Of a stretch of 64,000 nt of DNA, positions 62,453 through 64,000 are shown piece after piece. The notes below the pieces were generated by a model that had not been told where the DNA came from, did no database searches, and saw only the letters and a list, made by a program, of their open reading frames with translations. A program made the position numbers and the translations under genes. The DNA is taken from contig JAXLQJ010000002.1 in the NCBI GenBank assembly GCA_046331705.1, forward strand, positions 142,370 to 206,369, in the 5' to 3' direction. The stretch is from a bacterium (lineage in GTDB: Bacteria; JADJOY01). Numbering within the stretch: the first letter of the stretch is position 1; the number at the start of each line of letters is the position of its first letter.

Positions 62453-62758
62453 TCACCCGCCGCCGAGCGGCGCGCGCGGCGCTCTCCCGCCTCTTCGACG
62501 ACCGCGTCGCGCGACGGCGACCGCGACGCCCACGATCGCGAAGCCGATGCGATCGAGGCTGGCGAGGGTCACCTGCTTCCAGCTCACGTCCTTGGGCCAC
62601 TCGATCATCCGCGCGTACGCCTTCGCCGTCCCCGTCAGCTCGCGCACCAGCGTGCGCAACGCATCCGCGATGGAGACGGGCACCACGTCCTTCGCGAGGC
62701 GACCCGGTACGGGATCGATCGGCTGTGTGGGCGCGTCGCGAGGTTGCGGCGAGATCAT
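62453..62758 (-). CDS. Hypothetical small protein
   Basis: Fills a gap; plausible composition with one hydrophobic stretch. Confidence 0.35.
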   Translation of the reverse strand: MISPQPRDAPTQPIDPVPGRLAKDVVPVSIADALRTLVRELTGTAKAYARMIEWPKDVSWKQVTLASLDRIGFAIVGVAVAVARRGRRRGGRAPRAPLGGG

Positions 62759-62941
62759 GGCGACTCCCATCTTACCGGCGCCGGCCGAGTACGCCAGCGA
62801 GCGCCCGTCGCCGAGCGCGCGCGGCACACCGCGGCGACCGTTCGAGCCGGCCATTCGGTTGCCCGTGCGCGAGGGGCTCCGCTACAGTCCGCGGCAATCG
62901 CAACCGAGTTGCGCTTCGTCGTCGCCGTCGCGGTTCCTTCC

Positions 62942-63691
62942 ATGGCCGGCATCTGGTTCGCCACCCTCGTCAGCGTCACGCTGGTCAGCCTGATCTCCCT
63001 CGTCGGCGTGGTCTTCATCGCCGTGAGCGAGGTCAAGCTCAAGGCGATCGTGTTCCTGCTGGTGAGCACCGCCGTGGGCGCGCTGTTCGGCGACACGTTC
63101 ATCCACCTCCTGCCCGAAGCGTTCGCGAGCGAGGCGAACGCGCGCCGCGCGTCGCTGCTGGTGCTCGCCGGAATCCTGGCTTTCTTCATGCTGGAGAAGT
63201 TCCTGCGCTGGCACCACCACCACACCGTCGAGGACGAGCACCAGATCCACCCGATGGGGTACATGAACCTGGTGGCGGACGCCGTACACAACGGAATCGA
63301 CGGCTTGCTGATCGGCGCGTCCTTCCTCACCAGCACGGAGCTCGGCATCGCCACGACCGTGGCCGTCGTGCTCCACGAGATCCCGAGCGAGATCTGCCGC
63401 TTCGGCGTCCTGGTCCACGCCGGGTTCTCGAAGTCGCGCGCGCTCTGGCTCAACTTGCTATCGGGCATGGTCTCGATCGCCGGAGCGGTCGTGGCGCTGC
63501 TGCTCGGCACGCGCTCGCACGGCTTCGTGGAGATGATGCAGCCGCTCACCGCGGGCGGATTCATCTACGTCGCCGGCACGGACCTCTTGCCCGAGCTCTC
63601 CCACGACCTCGAGCCCCGCAAGTCCGCGCTGCAGATCCTCTGCATGTCCGCGGGCGTGGGGCTCATGTACGCGCTCACCCTCGTCGAGTGA
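62942..63691 (+). CDS. ZIP family metal (Zn/Fe) transporter
   Basis: HLLPE, His-rich loop WHHHH, HNGIDG, HEIP, GGFIY. Confidence 0.93.
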   Translation: MAGIWFATLVSVTLVSLISLVGVVFIAVSEVKLKAIVFLLVSTAVGALFGDTFIHLLPEAFASEANARRASLLVLAGILAFFMLEKFLRWHHHHTVEDEHQIHPMGYMNLVADAVHNGIDGLLIGASFLTSTELGIATTVAVVLHEIPSEICRFGVLVHAGFSKSRALWLNLLSGMVSIAGAVVALLLGTRSHGFVEMMQPLTAGGFIYVAGTDLLPELSHDLEPRKSALQILCMSAGVGLMYALTLVE

Positions 63692-63746
63692 GGCGGGTGC
63701 GCGCGCCGCGCCCCGCCGCGGCCGGGGCTGGCTATTGCCGAGGCCG

Positions 63747-63769
63747 GAATGTTAACGTCTTTAACATTC
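63747..63769. promoter_or_regulatory. Palindromic transcription-factor operator candidate
   Basis: GAATGTTAA-5 nt-TTAACATTC perfect AT-rich 9-bp inverted repeat upstream of the ORF at 63802. Confidence 0.6.
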
Positions 63770-63801
63770 ACCTGCTCCATCCACCCAGCCCGGAGTCACC
63801 C

Positions 63802-64000
63802 ATGAAACACCGTGCTCGATCCATGTCCTTCGTTCGCCCGTCGACCGTGCTCGTGCTCGCGGCGGCGGTCTTCCTCGCGTCGTGTCAGCCGCCGCGCCCC
63901 ACCACCGGGCCCGGGTCGACCGCGAGCTACATCGCCACCTCCGCGCAGGTCTCGACCTCCGGTGCCGCGAGCCCCACCGACAACACCAAGGTCACCTGGT
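63802..64000 (+). CDS. Lipoprotein, truncated at the window edge
   Basis: GGAG RBS; hydrophobic signal with LASC lipobox; open to the end of the window. Confidence 0.6.
   Translation, partial: MKHRARSMSFVRPSTVLVLAAAVFLASCQPPRPTTGPGSTASYIATSAQVSTSGAASPTDNTKVTW

Overview
This is a high-GC, gene-dense bacterial chromosome segment. Gene content (CorE-like sigma factor, retron, MshEN-PilB, sigma54 promoters) suggests Myxococcota or a related deltaproteobacterial lineage, which is an inference. About 60 CDSs are supported. They include groEL, clpS-clpA, an aapQMP-like ABC transporter, an RDD/SpoIIM/DUF4129/DUF4350/MoxR/DUF58 operon, a TonB-dependent receptor, a DEAD/DEAH helicase, a CNNM/hemolysin protein, a B12 radical SAM enzyme, SGNH-like proteins and a ZIP transporter. 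No rRNA, tRNA, CRISPR or transposase was recognised. The most notable region is 19.6-22.8 kb. It holds a Cys-rich CorE-like ECF sigma factor followed by a 58-aa metallothionein-like ORF, a sigma54-driven secreted Cys-rich protein, and a retron-type reverse transcriptase. The RT has a well-structured upstream msr/msd-like ncRNA (21-bp a1/a2 inverted repeat, AGC branch-point context, msd-like hairpin) but no adjacent effector gene. A separate ~152-bp structured repeat forms a tandem array at 35.0-35.5 kb and has a dispersed copy at 47.2 kb. It shares two co-linear 10-11-nt blocks with the retron ncRNA around the predicted branching G. All calls are from manual motif reading, and start codons are estimates.
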